Assembly: GCA_035544015.1 (NCBI GenBank)
Contig: DATKIP010000076.1
Coordinates: forward strand, 128,299-192,298
Reading direction: 5' to 3'
Origin: Candidatus Saccharimonadia bacterium
Lineage (GTDB): Bacteria > Patescibacteriota > Saccharimonadia > UBA4664
Length of the DNA: 64,000 nt
Shown piece after piece: positions 54,713-64,000 of this stretch (the stretch's first letter is position 1; each line of letters starts with the position of its first letter). Below the pieces are notes generated by a model. It was not told where the DNA came from. It ran no database searches and worked only from the letters and a program-made list of their open reading frames with translations. The translations under genes and the position numbers were made by a program.

Positions 54713-55753
54713 ATGAAAACCGTCTTTGTTGGCCTCAGCGGGGGAGTCGATTCCTCGGTATCTGCTGCCCTGCTTCAGCAGCAAGGGTATAACGTCGTGG
54801 GCGTCTACATGAAGAATTGGACCGCCGACGTTGCCGGCGTGGCCTGCCCCTGGAGGCAAGACCTGGCCGACGCCCGCGCGGCCGCGGCCAAGCTCGACAT
54901 CCCGTTCCAGGTGTTCGACTTCCAGGCCGAGTACCGGCAGCACGTTGTAGATGTAATGGTGGCCGAGTACCAAGCCGGCCGCACGCCCAACCCTGATATT
55001 CTCTGCAACCAGGAAATTAAGTTCAAACTCTTCCTCCAATCAGCCTTAGCCGCCGGCGCCGACCTCATCGCCACCGGCCACTACGCGCGCACCGAGGACG
55101 GCCGCCTGCTCACCGCCGCCGACACCGCCAAGGACCAAACCTACTTCCTCTACCGCGTCACTCCCGAGGCCCTCGAGCGCACTCTCTTTCCGCTGGCCGG
55201 CCTCGCCAAGCCCGAAGTACGTCGCCTGGCTACCAAATTTGGCCTACCTACAGCCAAAAAACCCGACTCCCAAGGCATCTGCTTCATCGGCGAGGTCGGC
55301 CTGCGCGAATTCCTCAGCCAATACATCACCGCTACCGCCGGCCCCATCGTTGACGCCGCCGGCCACGAACTCGGCCAGCACCAAGGCGCCGTGTTCTACA
55401 CTATCGGCCAGCGCCATGGCCTCGGCCTAGGCGGCGGCGAGCCGTACTACGTGACGGGCAAAGATATGGCCACCAACACCGTTTACGTTACCACCGACCC
55501 CGTCGACGCCGCCCTCGAAACCGACCACTGCACCATCACCGACGTCCATTGGATCGGCCCCGCCCCCCAAGCCGGTCGCACCTACCAACTCCGCAGCCGC
55601 CACCGCGCCGCGTTCATCGATTGCACGCTCGAGGCCGGCCACCGCGGCACCTACGCCATCAAGCTGGCCCACCCCGAGCGCGCCCTCACCCCCGGCCAAT
55701 CCGCCGTGATCTACGACGGCCAGCGAGTCCTCGGCGGCGGCATTGTCGCCTAA
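54713..55753 (+). CDS. mnmA: tRNA-specific 2-thiouridylase
   Basis: PP-loop VGLSGGVDSSVSA. Second motif CN.EIKF. 346 aa. Confidence 0.85.
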   Translation: MKTVFVGLSGGVDSSVSAALLQQQGYNVVGVYMKNWTADVAGVACPWRQDLADARAAAAKLDIPFQVFDFQAEYRQHVVDVMVAEYQAGRTPNPDILCNQEIKFKLFLQSALAAGADLIATGHYARTEDGRLLTAADTAKDQTYFLYRVTPEALERTLFPLAGLAKPEVRRLATKFGLPTAKKPDSQGICFIGEVGLREFLSQYITATAGPIVDAAGHELGQHQGAVFYTIGQRHGLGLGGGEPYYVTGKDMATNTVYVTTDPVDAALETDHCTITDVHWIGPAPQAGRTYQLRSRHRAAFIDCTLEAGHRGTYAIKLAHPERALTPGQSAVIYDGQRVLGGGIVA

Positions 55754-55820
55754 GCTGCCCATATATATCTGATCCGATCCCGCGTACAATGATCCCGTCC
55801 CAACTGCGAAGGGAGGTGAA

Positions 55821-55874
55821 ATGAACGTAGCCACCGCAGCGTGGTTGGGATTGGCGGGTGTTATAACCTCCTGA
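55821..55874 (+). CDS. 17-aa micro-ORF MNVATAAWLGLAGVITS with perfect SD, upstream of alaS (leader peptide or micro-protein; speculative)
   Basis: AAGGGAGGTGAAATG seen directly. TGA stop at 55872-55874. Confidence 0.25.
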   Translation: MNVATAAWLGLAGVITS

Positions 55875-55971
55875 GCCCCGGCTGACTGACAGTTTCGGGC
55901 CTGGTATCAAATAACGAGGGGCGCCCGCCTCTTCCTTGGGAATTATCGTAAATTAGGCTAAAATACCCCCC

Positions 55972-57855
55972 ATGAATACCAGCGAAATCCGCGCCGCCTA
56001 TCTCAAATTCTTCGCCGACCGTGGTCATGCGGTGATTCCGCGCGCCAACCTCGTGCCCAAAGAAGACGCCACCACCCTTTTCACCGGCTCCGGCATGCAG
56101 CCCATGATTCCGTATCTGCTGGGCGAAAAGCACCCCGATGGCGTTCGCCTGGCCGACTCCCAAGTCTGCTTCCGCGCCGAGGACATCGACGAAGTCGGGG
56201 ACAACCGCCACACCACGGCCTTCGAAATGCTCGGCAACTGGAGCCTGGGCGACTACTTCAAGGCCGAGCAAATCCCCTGGATGTGGGAGTTCCTGACCGA
56301 AGTCGTCGGCCTCAACCCCGCCAAGCTCTACGTCACCTGTTTCATCGGCGCCCCCGAGTACGGCATCCCCAAAGATACCGAAGCCGCCGAGATGTGGCAG
56401 AAATTATTCAAATCCAAAGCCCTTGAGGCCAAAGCCGCCGACATCGGCTCTGAAGCCGACGGCTACCAGCGCGGTATCAAACCCGGTGAGCGCATCTTCT
56501 ACTACGACGGCTCCAAAAACTGGTGGAGCCGCAACGGCGGCCCCGAAACGACGCCCGTCGGCGACCCCTGCGGACCCGATTCTGAGATGTTCTACGACTT
56601 TGGCACGCCCCACGATCCCAACTTCGGCGAGCACTGCCACCCCAACTGCGACTGTGGCCGTTTCATGGAGATCGGCAACAACGTCTTCATGGCCTACAAA
56701 AAGGTGGAGGATAGTAAGTTCGAACCCCTGACCCTCCCCAACATCGACCACGGCTCCGGCCTCGAGCGCATCGCCGCCGCGGCCATCGACGACCCCGACT
56801 TCTTCAAAATCAGCGTGCACTACCCGGTAATCCAAAAACTCGAGCAAATCTCCGGCTTCAGATACGATCAAAACCCGCAGGCCATGCGCATCATCACCGA
56901 CCACCTCAAGGGCGCCGTCTTCCTGGCTGCCGATGGGGTCGTGCCGTCCAACACCGCCCAGGGCTACGTGATGCGCCGCTTCCTGCGCCGCGCCATCCGC
57001 CAAGCCCTCGCCCTCGACCTGCGCCAAGACTTTCTCGAGCTCGTCGTCCCCGTCATCACCGAAGCTTATCGCGACGACTTCCCCGAAGTGGCGGCGCAGG
57101 AAGAGTCCATCATTCACCTGCTCGTGCAAGAAGAGCGCCAATTCCGCACCACACTCCTCAAGGGCGAACACGAATTCCGCAAACTCGCCGGCGATGAGCT
57201 CAGTGGCGCAACTATTTTTGTTCTATTCGACACCTACGGCTTTCCCGCCGAACTCTCGCTCGAATCAGCCCATGAACAAAAAATTCCCGTAAATTCGCAC
57301 TGGAAAGCCGAATTCGACGCCCTACTCCGCGAACAAAAAGACCGCTCCCGCACCGCCACCGTCGGCCAATTCAAGGGCGGCCTGGCCGACCACTCCGACA
57401 CGAGCGTCAAATACCACACTGCCACGCACCTCATGTACAAGGCGCTGCGGCTCGTGCTGGGCGACCATGTCATTCAGCGCGGGAGCAACATCACCCCCGA
57501 GCGCCTGCGCTTCGACTTTAGCCACCCCGACAAAATGACCCCGGAGCAAATCGCCGAAGTCGAGAAAATCGTCAACGACAACATCGCCAAAGACTGGCCC
57601 ATGGCATTCCGCGAAATCTCCACCGAGCAAGCCTTCAAAGAGGGCGCGCTCGGCGCCTTTGGCGACAAATACGGCGACACCGTCAAGGTCTACACCGCCG
57701 GCGACCCGATGGGGGAGTGGTACTCCAAAGAAATTTGCGGCGGTCCCCACGTAGAGCACACCGGCGCACTGGCCGACGGCGGCAAAAAGTTTAAGATCAA
57801 AAAAGAAGAATCCAGCTCCGCCGGCATCCGCCGCATCAAGGCCGTACTGGAATAA
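55972..57855 (+). CDS. alaS: alanyl-tRNA synthetase, short form lacking the C-terminal C-Ala/DHHA1 region
   Basis: Class II catalytic core. Editing-domain HxxxH (HTATHLM) and CGGPHV motifs. Ends at 627 aa. Confidence 0.85.
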   Translation: MNTSEIRAAYLKFFADRGHAVIPRANLVPKEDATTLFTGSGMQPMIPYLLGEKHPDGVRLADSQVCFRAEDIDEVGDNRHTTAFEMLGNWSLGDYFKAEQIPWMWEFLTEVVGLNPAKLYVTCFIGAPEYGIPKDTEAAEMWQKLFKSKALEAKAADIGSEADGYQRGIKPGERIFYYDGSKNWWSRNGGPETTPVGDPCGPDSEMFYDFGTPHDPNFGEHCHPNCDCGRFMEIGNNVFMAYKKVEDSKFEPLTLPNIDHGSGLERIAAAAIDDPDFFKISVHYPVIQKLEQISGFRYDQNPQAMRIITDHLKGAVFLAADGVVPSNTAQGYVMRRFLRRAIRQALALDLRQDFLELVVPVITEAYRDDFPEVAAQEESIIHLLVQEERQFRTTLLKGEHEFRKLAGDELSGATIFVLFDTYGFPAELSLESAHEQKIPVNSHWKAEFDALLREQKDRSRTATVGQFKGGLADHSDTSVKYHTATHLMYKALRLVLGDHVIQRGSNITPERLRFDFSHPDKMTPEQIAEVEKIVNDNIAKDWPMAFREISTEQAFKEGALGAFGDKYGDTVKVYTAGDPMGEWYSKEICGGPHVEHTGALADGGKKFKIKKEESSSAGIRRIKAVLE

Positions 57856-57860
57856 TGGAG

Positions 57861-57906
57861 TCTCAAAAAGCGGTTTCGGCCGGTTCCCCTGAGGAGAACC
57901 GGCCGT
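57861..57906 (-). terminator. rho-independent terminator on the minus strand (cggccggttc...gaaccggccg followed by GCTTTTTGAG)
   Basis: Hairpin followed by a U-tract, 12 nt after the stop of the 57919..58158 minus-strand gene. Confidence 0.45.
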
Positions 57907-57918
57907 TCCGAGACGCAT

Positions 57919-58158
57919 TCAGTTGCCGCTGCGGCGTTTGCCGAATCCCAGCACCACGACGAAAACACCGACTCCGGTCAGTATCGATATGTCCAGGATA
58001 TGTCCATGCGCCTGGGCCGAAAGCGCCTGACATGTCTCAACGAGCTCCTGGGTTGCCGGATGGGCGCAGTGGGGTAGGGTCGTATATTTGGAGATGATAA
58101 GCTGGTAGCTTCCTTCCGCGGAGACGACGCCTAGGACCAGCGCTATTATCACGAGCAT
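57919..58158 (-). CDS. small 2-TM membrane protein
   Basis: GGAGGT SD 8 nt upstream of the ATG. A terminator lies downstream. Confidence 0.45.
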   Translation of the reverse strand: MLVIIALVLGVVSAEGSYQLIISKYTTLPHCAHPATQELVETCQALSAQAHGHILDISILTGVGVFVVVLGFGKRRSGN

Positions 58159-58551
58159 CTCTTGAACCTCCGTAGTGCGTCAAGCCGTGGTGGCGCTGAG
58201 GCTAGGCGGACGAGCGTGCATCTCGAGCGGGATGGTGGCAGACCTACGATCCGCGGGTATGGGAAGCGATCCTGACATCCAGTCCGCCGCACCGTACTGA
58301 TGCGCCACTGATGGCTAGGGCAACCAATACTGCCGGCGTGAGCGACCTTGGGATGTGACCGACTCAGCGAACTCCCTGGGCAAAATGCAACCTGAACGCA
58401 AGAATTATAAAATATATACTAATAAAGTCAAGCAGCTTAATCATAAAACCCGCTTAGACAGCGAGAGCCGGCTCCCCCGCAGGGGAACCGGCTTCGTCCG
58501 TTGTACGTATCGGGCCGCCCGGTGGGAGCGGCGTGGGGTGAGATGTGGCGG

Positions 58552-58869
58552 TCAGGCGGTCGGCCGGCGATGGAACAGCCAGCAGTAAAGTCGGTAGGTC
58601 GCCCTCTCCACGGGTTGGGAGGTCCAGATCAGGAATACCCCGCCCTCCACACCGATTACAACCAGCGCGACGAGGATCACCCCCACCCTGTGCCAGAATG
58701 TGTAGTCGTCCTGGATGCAGCCCGCGAGGCCAAAACTGGCATCGGCCGGCGAGCATCCCGTCAGGGTGTCGAGGATGTGCGGGACGATCAGCAGGCCGGC
58801 CGCGATGCCTATGCCTATGACTACCACCCACCCGGCCACCCATCGGGCGTTCGAATTGCGGATTCTCAT
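58552..58869 (-). CDS. small membrane protein
   Basis: GGAG about 8 nt upstream. Hydrophobic helices. Confidence 0.4.
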   Translation of the reverse strand: MRIRNSNARWVAGWVVVIGIGIAAGLLIVPHILDTLTGCSPADASFGLAGCIQDDYTFWHRVGVILVALVVIGVEGGVFLIWTSQPVERATYRLYCWLFHRRPTA

Positions 58870-58908
58870 CCTTTGCTCCGTTTCTAGCGGTGGTTGGGTT
58901 GAGGTAAC

Positions 58909-59283
58909 TCAGGCGCTCACGGGCACCACGTGCCTGGACACGCCGGTTGTCGATTCGACGTGGGTGGCAGCGGGCCGGCGGGCAAACTCAAGGGCCAGCC
59001 AGCCGTAGCGCAGTCCCCCCGCCATCAGCACGGCGGCCGTTACGGGGAGCGTCCAGCCCCCGCCATACACGAACCCGATGGGCCATGCGAAAGCGGTGGG
59101 GCGGGCGAGGGTGGTCCGCGACAGCAGTTCGGTCGCCAGGGCGACCAGTAGAACGGTGGTGGCGACGGCGAAGTGGAAAACGGCGCGACGGGTCACGGGA
59201 CCGGCCTTTCTCGAAGTCTCGATGTAATGAGCGTACACGAACCTGCACATATTAACATAAATATCATAAAAAGTCAACGACAA
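58909..59283 (-). CDS. membrane protein, hypothetical (weak)
   Basis: ORF with hydrophobic segments. No clear SD. Confidence 0.3.
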   Translation of the reverse strand: MSLTFYDIYVNMCRFVYAHYIETSRKAGPVTRRAVFHFAVATTVLLVALATELLSRTTLARPTAFAWPIGFVYGGGWTLPVTAAVLMAGGLRYGWLALEFARRPAATHVESTTGVSRHVVPVSA

Positions 59284-59368
59284 GCCCCCGACGGGAACGC
59301 GGCCAGTGGCTGTCGTCCCGTCGGGGGCGGGGCTCGCGCGATCGTCGCGGAGCCGATGGATGTGGACA

Positions 59369-59968
59369 CTAGTGGTGGAAGCGGATGATCGCGAGCACGA
59401 TATCCGTGCCGATCACCACGCCCGCTGCAGTACCGGTCAGATACAGGCTGTATCGAGCCAGCATGGTCACCCTCGCGTTCCGAAGACGGCCCGTCTGGCG
59501 ACGCTCGTCAAAGAACGCGACGCGCTGGGCCAGCTGCTGGATATCCGCCTTCGTGAGGATCACCTTTGAGGCCTCGGCCAATGTGTCCTGCAGGGTCAAA
59601 AGCTCCCGCTTGAGCACCCGCCGGTGGTGGGCCAGGGCCCGGAAGCACAGCTCCATCGCCAGCCCGGCCATCAAAATGGCCAGCCCGAGCAGAATCTGCG
59701 CCGCCCACAGCGAGCCGACTGGTAGTGCAGGGCTCAGCCGCGAGAGCGCCTCGCTGTAGAAGAGCACCAGGGCTCCCATGGTGGGGAGTAGGATGCTGAA
59801 CCTCAGGTACAGGTTCTGCAGGTTACCCGCGATGTCCTTCAGCTTGGCCGACAGGTTGTCGACCTCCGCTTGCTGCTGCTTCGAGCGCTTGATCAGCGGC
59901 CAGATCAGCCGCTGCCAGAGGGCACGCAGAACGCTCCGCGTAACGGTGGTCCCGAAGTGCGTCGCCAC
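59369..59968 (-). CDS. membrane protein with coiled-coil segment (GTG start)
   Basis: AAGAGG 6 nt upstream of the GTG. 199 aa. Confidence 0.5.
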   Translation of the reverse strand: MATHFGTTVTRSVLRALWQRLIWPLIKRSKQQQAEVDNLSAKLKDIAGNLQNLYLRFSILLPTMGALVLFYSEALSRLSPALPVGSLWAAQILLGLAILMAGLAMELCFRALAHHRRVLKRELLTLQDTLAEASKVILTKADIQQLAQRVAFFDERRQTGRLRNARVTMLARYSLYLTGTAAGVVIGTDIVLAIIRFHH

Positions 59969-60600
59969 TATCTACCTCTTCTCGTGTCGGGGAGCTGACG
60001 AATGTCCGGGCAACATAATACCATGAAAGTCAAAATAAATCAAGAAAAAAGGAAAAGGGACCGCTCAACAAAGAGCGATCCCTGTCCGTGGCCGTGGAGG
60101 CAGTCGCTGGAGGCGACCACCGCTTGTGGACGATGGGGTGGGTTGTTGTTGCGACCGGAAATCGGCCTGGCGTAAGGGGCGGGCGGCGGAGGTTCGGTGA
60201 AGAACCACCAACAGGCGCAGATCGACGGTGCTTTAAACAAAGAGTTTTTAAAGTGGTTATCGCCGTGAACGCGCATGAGGGCTGCCGCCAGAAAAACTGG
60301 CCGGGGCCGCTGGTCACGCGCATCACGTGAGGAGACGGAAAGAGAATGGGGGAGTGGCTGGTTGGTGGGGTTGACGCAGGTATTACCCCGCGAAAACCGC
60401 CATCAGGCCGCTCTCATTCTCTCGGTCTCGCTCAGCGAGGCACAACACTTTTAACATTTTTGTCCACCCAAGGACATGCGTTCGCACCCACGGTGCACGA
60501 ACGGCTAAATTAAACCATATTTGTATACAATAAGCAACTCAAAAAAGCGCAAGCGTAAGTTTGATATACTTACCCCGAGGGCCTAAGGGGGAGCGCGATT

Positions 60601-61221
60601 ATGAGCCAACGGGGAGCGATAAATCTAGTCACCGTCATCGCGGTGGTACTGGGTTTGGGGTTGCTCGCGTCCATGTATCTCAATTACTCCCAGCATCAGA
60701 GTGCCCAGCAAGACCGCAAGCAGCTCCAGGGCGAAATCACCGACCTGCGCTACCAGGTCAAGCAAGATCAACAGGCAGCCGCCGGCCCCAGCCCCACGCC
60801 CTCGCCTCTAGCCACGCCCGAGCCCAGCCCCACCGCCACCCCGGCGGTGGCCGGCACAAGCTCCATCGCCATCAGCCAATATGGCGTAAAATTAACCGTG
60901 GCCGATCCCATCGCCGACCTCACCTACAACATGGTCAAAAACGGCCAATACACCGTGGCCGGGCTGTCGACTCGAGCGCTGCTAGCCAAATACCCCGCCT
61001 GCGCGCCCGCCGCCGCCAACAACGCGCTCGGCCAAATCGTGCAAAAACGCGCCGCCACCGGGGTCACCAGCACCGGCAAGCTCGTCAAGCAGATTGGCGT
61101 CTTCAATTACTATTACATCGAGCCCACCGGCTTTTGCACCGCCGACCCCGATGGCCGCAACGCGTTGGCCGCCGCCCGCGCCGCCTTCAAAAATGCCTCC
61201 CTGCCCACGTTATCGAATTAA
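60601..61221 (+). CDS. membrane-anchored protein (TM + coiled coil + Pro/Thr-rich linker + C-terminal domain)
   Basis: SD AAGGGGGAG upstream. TM helix LVTVIAVVLGLGLLASMYL. Confidence 0.55.
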   Translation: MSQRGAINLVTVIAVVLGLGLLASMYLNYSQHQSAQQDRKQLQGEITDLRYQVKQDQQAAAGPSPTPSPLATPEPSPTATPAVAGTSSIAISQYGVKLTVADPIADLTYNMVKNGQYTVAGLSTRALLAKYPACAPAAANNALGQIVQKRAATGVTSTGKLVKQIGVFNYYYIEPTGFCTADPDGRNALAAARAAFKNASLPTLSN

Positions 61222-61242
61222 CCCACCCGAAAGGATTCCCCC

Positions 61243-61542
61243 ATGCGAGATTCCAGTCACAAACTAATCTACCTGCTGTGGACGGTGATTGCCGTGCTCA
61301 TCATCGGCGCGGGCATCGGCGCATTCTTGCTGCTGCGCCACGCGAGCGACCTCGACAACACCAACGCCGAGCTTTCGGGCAGCAACGACAGCCTCCGTCG
61401 CCAGCTCGAGCAAGCCAAAGCCAGCCCCACGCCCACCGCCACACCCGAGGCTACCGCCACCCCGTCGCCAAGCCCCAGCCCCACCGCCACGCCCGTACCC
61501 ACCGCCACTCCCAAGCCCACCGCCAGCCCCAAAGCCCAGTAG
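61243..61542 (+). CDS. small membrane-anchored protein, TM + coiled coil + PT-rich tail (N-terminal architecture like the 60601 protein)
   Basis: SD aaagga upstream. TM helix LIYLLWTVIAVLIIGAGIGAFLLL. Confidence 0.5.
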   Translation: MRDSSHKLIYLLWTVIAVLIIGAGIGAFLLLRHASDLDNTNAELSGSNDSLRRQLEQAKASPTPTATPEATATPSPSPSPTATPVPTATPKPTASPKAQ

Positions 61543-61756
61543 CGCCGAGCGGCCGGTCCCGCGGGAGCGAGGGCGGATTCCGCAAAGAGCGAAGGCAAAA
61601 ACGTTTGGCCCCGCGCGCGCCAGACCACACCACAGATAGAAATTAGCAATAAGGCCGAGTTCGCAAGCAAGCCAAACGTTTTCGCCGCAGCCTACCGGCA
61701 CGCCCCGTTTGGCGCCACCGACCATAAGCGCTACAATCATGGGGGATACATCAGCC

Positions 61757-63049
61757 ATGACGGCCAAACTTATCGAAAAATTCGTCAAACTCCGCAGCCG
61801 CCAAACCGGGCCGCGCTATCTGGTATCGCTCGATATCGGCACCGAATTCGTGAAAGCGCTGATCGGTGAAGTCGTCGTCGATCCGGCCTCGGGCGCGCCG
61901 TCGCGGGTCGAAATTCTCGGCGTTGGCCGCCAGCGCCAGCGCCTCACCGACATGGCCGGCGGCGCCGTCACCGACATCACCGGCGTGGTCGAAAACTGCG
62001 ACGCCGCGCTCAAAATGGCTGAAAAAATGGCCGGCGTGGTGGCCAAAGACGTCGTCATCGGCATCGCCGGCGAGCTCGTCAAAGGCGCCAGCACTATCGT
62101 GCGCTACAAGCGCGCCACCCCCAGCGACCCCATCGACATGGCCGAGCTGCGCAAAATCCTCGACCGCGTCCAATACCGCGCCTTCGAGCGCGCCCGTGAG
62201 CAGCTCACCTGGGAAACCGGCTACAAAGAGCTCGAGGTCAAACTCGTCAACACCGCCATCGTCGACGTCCAGATCGACGGTTATCGGGTGACCAACCCCA
62301 TCGGCTTCCAGGGCAAAGACGTCAGCATCCAGCTCTTCAATGCCTTCGCCCCCATGGTCCACCTCGGCGCCCTCCAGTCCGTGGCCCAAGATCTCGATCT
62401 CAATCTCGTCAACATCGCCGCCGAGCCCTTCGCCGTGGCCAAATCCGTGGGCGGCCAAGATTCCGGCGAATTTTCCGCTATCTTCATCGACATCGGCGGC
62501 GGCACCACCGACATCGCGCTTGTCAACAATGGCGGCGTCGAAGGCACCAAAATGTTCGCCATCGGCGGCCGCGCCTTCACCAAACGCATCGCCCAGGTCG
62601 CCAACACCAGTTTTGAAAAAGCCGAAGAAATGAAAATCGCCTACTCCGCCGGCAAACTCGGCCCCAAATCGACCAAAGTCGTAGAAGAGGCCGTGAACGC
62701 CGACATTCAAGTGTGGCTCTCTGGTGTCGAACTCAGCCTGGCCGAATTCGACCGCGTCGACCACCTGCCGGCCAAAATCCTGCTGTGCGGCGGCGGCACC
62801 GGCCTCCCCCAGATCATGGACGCGCTCAAAGGCCGCACCTGGTACAAAAACCTCGCCTTCGCCCGCAAACCGGTAGTCAACCACATCAGTCCCAGCGAAG
62901 TCAGCCGCGTAATCGACAAAACCGGCAAACTTACCAGCTTCGCCGACATCACCCCCATGGGCCTCGCCAACCTCGGCCTCGACCAAGTCGGCGGCGAAAC
63001 CGCCACCGACTCCCTGGCCCGCAAACTCGCCCGCGCTATTTCAGCCTAA
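61757..63049 (+). CDS. ftsA: cell division protein FtsA (actin-like ATPase)
   Basis: LVSLDIGTEFVKALIGEV phosphate-1 motif. DIGGGTTD motif. GGGGGA SD upstream. ORF track start is 61709. Confidence 0.85.
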   Translation: MTAKLIEKFVKLRSRQTGPRYLVSLDIGTEFVKALIGEVVVDPASGAPSRVEILGVGRQRQRLTDMAGGAVTDITGVVENCDAALKMAEKMAGVVAKDVVIGIAGELVKGASTIVRYKRATPSDPIDMAELRKILDRVQYRAFERAREQLTWETGYKELEVKLVNTAIVDVQIDGYRVTNPIGFQGKDVSIQLFNAFAPMVHLGALQSVAQDLDLNLVNIAAEPFAVAKSVGGQDSGEFSAIFIDIGGGTTDIALVNNGGVEGTKMFAIGGRAFTKRIAQVANTSFEKAEEMKIAYSAGKLGPKSTKVVEEAVNADIQVWLSGVELSLAEFDRVDHLPAKILLCGGGTGLPQIMDALKGRTWYKNLAFARKPVVNHISPSEVSRVIDKTGKLTSFADITPMGLANLGLDQVGGETATDSLARKLARAISA

Positions 63050-63641
63050 TCCTAGAAAAATAATTGCGTGTACCCCCGCGCGACACGAGCTGTGTCGCTG
63101 CGAGGGGGAATGCCCTGTCGGCCGAGGCCAACAAAACATGAACGACACCCGGTGGGGCGCGCGAGGAGTGAGCAATGGGGAAGTCTCACACCGTTGCGCC
63201 CCACCGGGGCCGGCTCCTGAAGATAGTTGCGCGAACGGGGGGTTGTTCGTGCGTCCGCTTCAGGATAGCCGCAGAGGCGATAGACCGAGGGGGGTAGCTC
63301 GGGTTTTGCGCCTTGCGGCAGCTAATGTCCGGTTGCCCCGGACGGAATCGCGCGCGCCGTCCGCCGGGAGCGCAGCCACGATTCCGCCCGGGGGCCGGTG
63401 GATCCCCTGCGGGGTGGGGACCCATTGCAGCTCCGAATAGCGTTTGACGACGGCTAAATGCATGACCCCAAGCCATCGAAACGCTACTCGAAGCAAGCTT
63501 GTCCACCGAGAGTGCAGTGGACGCGGCTTTCACCAGATGGGTGAGTGAATATGCGTGGGCAAAGCCCAAAATTCCCATCGGGATAGTAGATTATCGCACC
63601 CAACCAGGGAAGTCAATCATCAAAATGGCGATGCCTGATAA

Positions 63642-63929
63642 TTACAGCAGACCGTTGGCGGCGCCCAGGTTAAAGGCCACCAGTGCACCGAGCATGATCA
63701 ACACCAGCGTCGCCAGCAGCCGGAACTGTCGCGACGGGTTGGTATTGAGCGCCCGAAACGACCACACGATGCCAAGCACGATCGCGGCTGCTTCAAAAAA
63801 GGTCGAAGCCATCGTCCCTCGAATGATGTAGCTCGTAGCCGCACACAGCATCCCGACCAAGAGGATGCGGTCGACTACCAGCTCCTTACTGACGTATTTT
63901 GCCTTCTTCGCCATGATATCCGCGCTCAC
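63642..63929 (-). CDS. small 3-TM membrane protein
   Basis: Hydrophobic 95-aa ORF at the window edge. Weak SD. Confidence 0.35.
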   Translation of the reverse strand: MSADIMAKKAKYVSKELVVDRILLVGMLCAATSYIIRGTMASTFFEAAAIVLGIVWSFRALNTNPSRQFRLLATLVLIMLGALVAFNLGAANGLL

Positions 63930-64000
63930 CGTTTAGTTGGCCCTACTATAACGCAACCGTAACAATTATGGTAGTCTTATACCTATGAAAGAAGGCGCCC

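Noticed and set aside
63100-63640. Identification of the post-ftsA structured region as RNase P RNA, tmRNA or SRP RNA
   Set aside because: I could not find the conserved GGAAAGUCCGG/ACAGAACCCGGCUUA (RNase P), GGUUCGAAUCC T-arm plus tag reading frame (tmRNA) or AGGUCAGG/GGAAGCAGC (SRP) signatures on either strand. It is left as an unclassified candidate.

Overview
The window is 64 kb of a high-GC (about 60-65%) bacterial chromosome with tightly packed genes, many joined by ATGA/TAATG start-stop overlaps. The lineage cannot be assigned from sequence alone. FtsA, a DUF348-G5-Rpf/YabE-like protein and short AlaRS/MetRS argue against Actinobacteria and fit a small-genome lineage such as Patescibacteria/Saccharibacteria.

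Contents from left to right:
1. The 3' part of a very large Rhs/YD-repeat polymorphic toxin with PA14 domains and a glycine-zipper C-terminal tip. Small membrane-protein immunity candidates follow it.
2. A lower-GC accessory segment carrying RadC-JAB, an XRE regulator with palindromic operators, a HEAT-repeat protein and a DinJ-like RHH protein. It ends in a large serine recombinase whose 3' end overlaps a tRNA-Glu(UUC) on the opposite strand, so this looks like an integrated element.
3. A surface-glycan locus: Wzx-like flippase, GT2 and GT4 transferases, and a lower-GC sub-cluster with an epimerase and a 1220-aa polytopic membrane protein carrying tandem CBM-like modules. UDP-glucose 6-dehydrogenase follows.
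4. Four small hypothetical genes, each followed by a copy of a REP-like GC hairpin.
5. Core genes: pyk, padR, pgk and tpiA, then pcrA/uvrD, a second padR, galE, pyrH, a DUF348-G5-Rpf-like hydrolase, a MarP-like CvpA-protease, rsmA, metG, tatD, a cysteine desulfurase, a DUF218 protein, a CvpA-CAP fusion, mnmA, a short alaS and ftsA.

The most unusual items are listed under findings. The first is a pair of homologous ~90-bp perfect-stem palindromic elements flanking a small gene next to pyrH. The second is a tandem duplication of an alpha-CTD-like HhH protein whose second copy carries a CAG-to-TAG in-frame stop. The third is a conserved 23-nt intergenic motif at three sites. The fourth is an altered TIM loop 6. 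The fifth is a structured 550-nt non-coding region after ftsA. No rRNA or CRISPR was seen.
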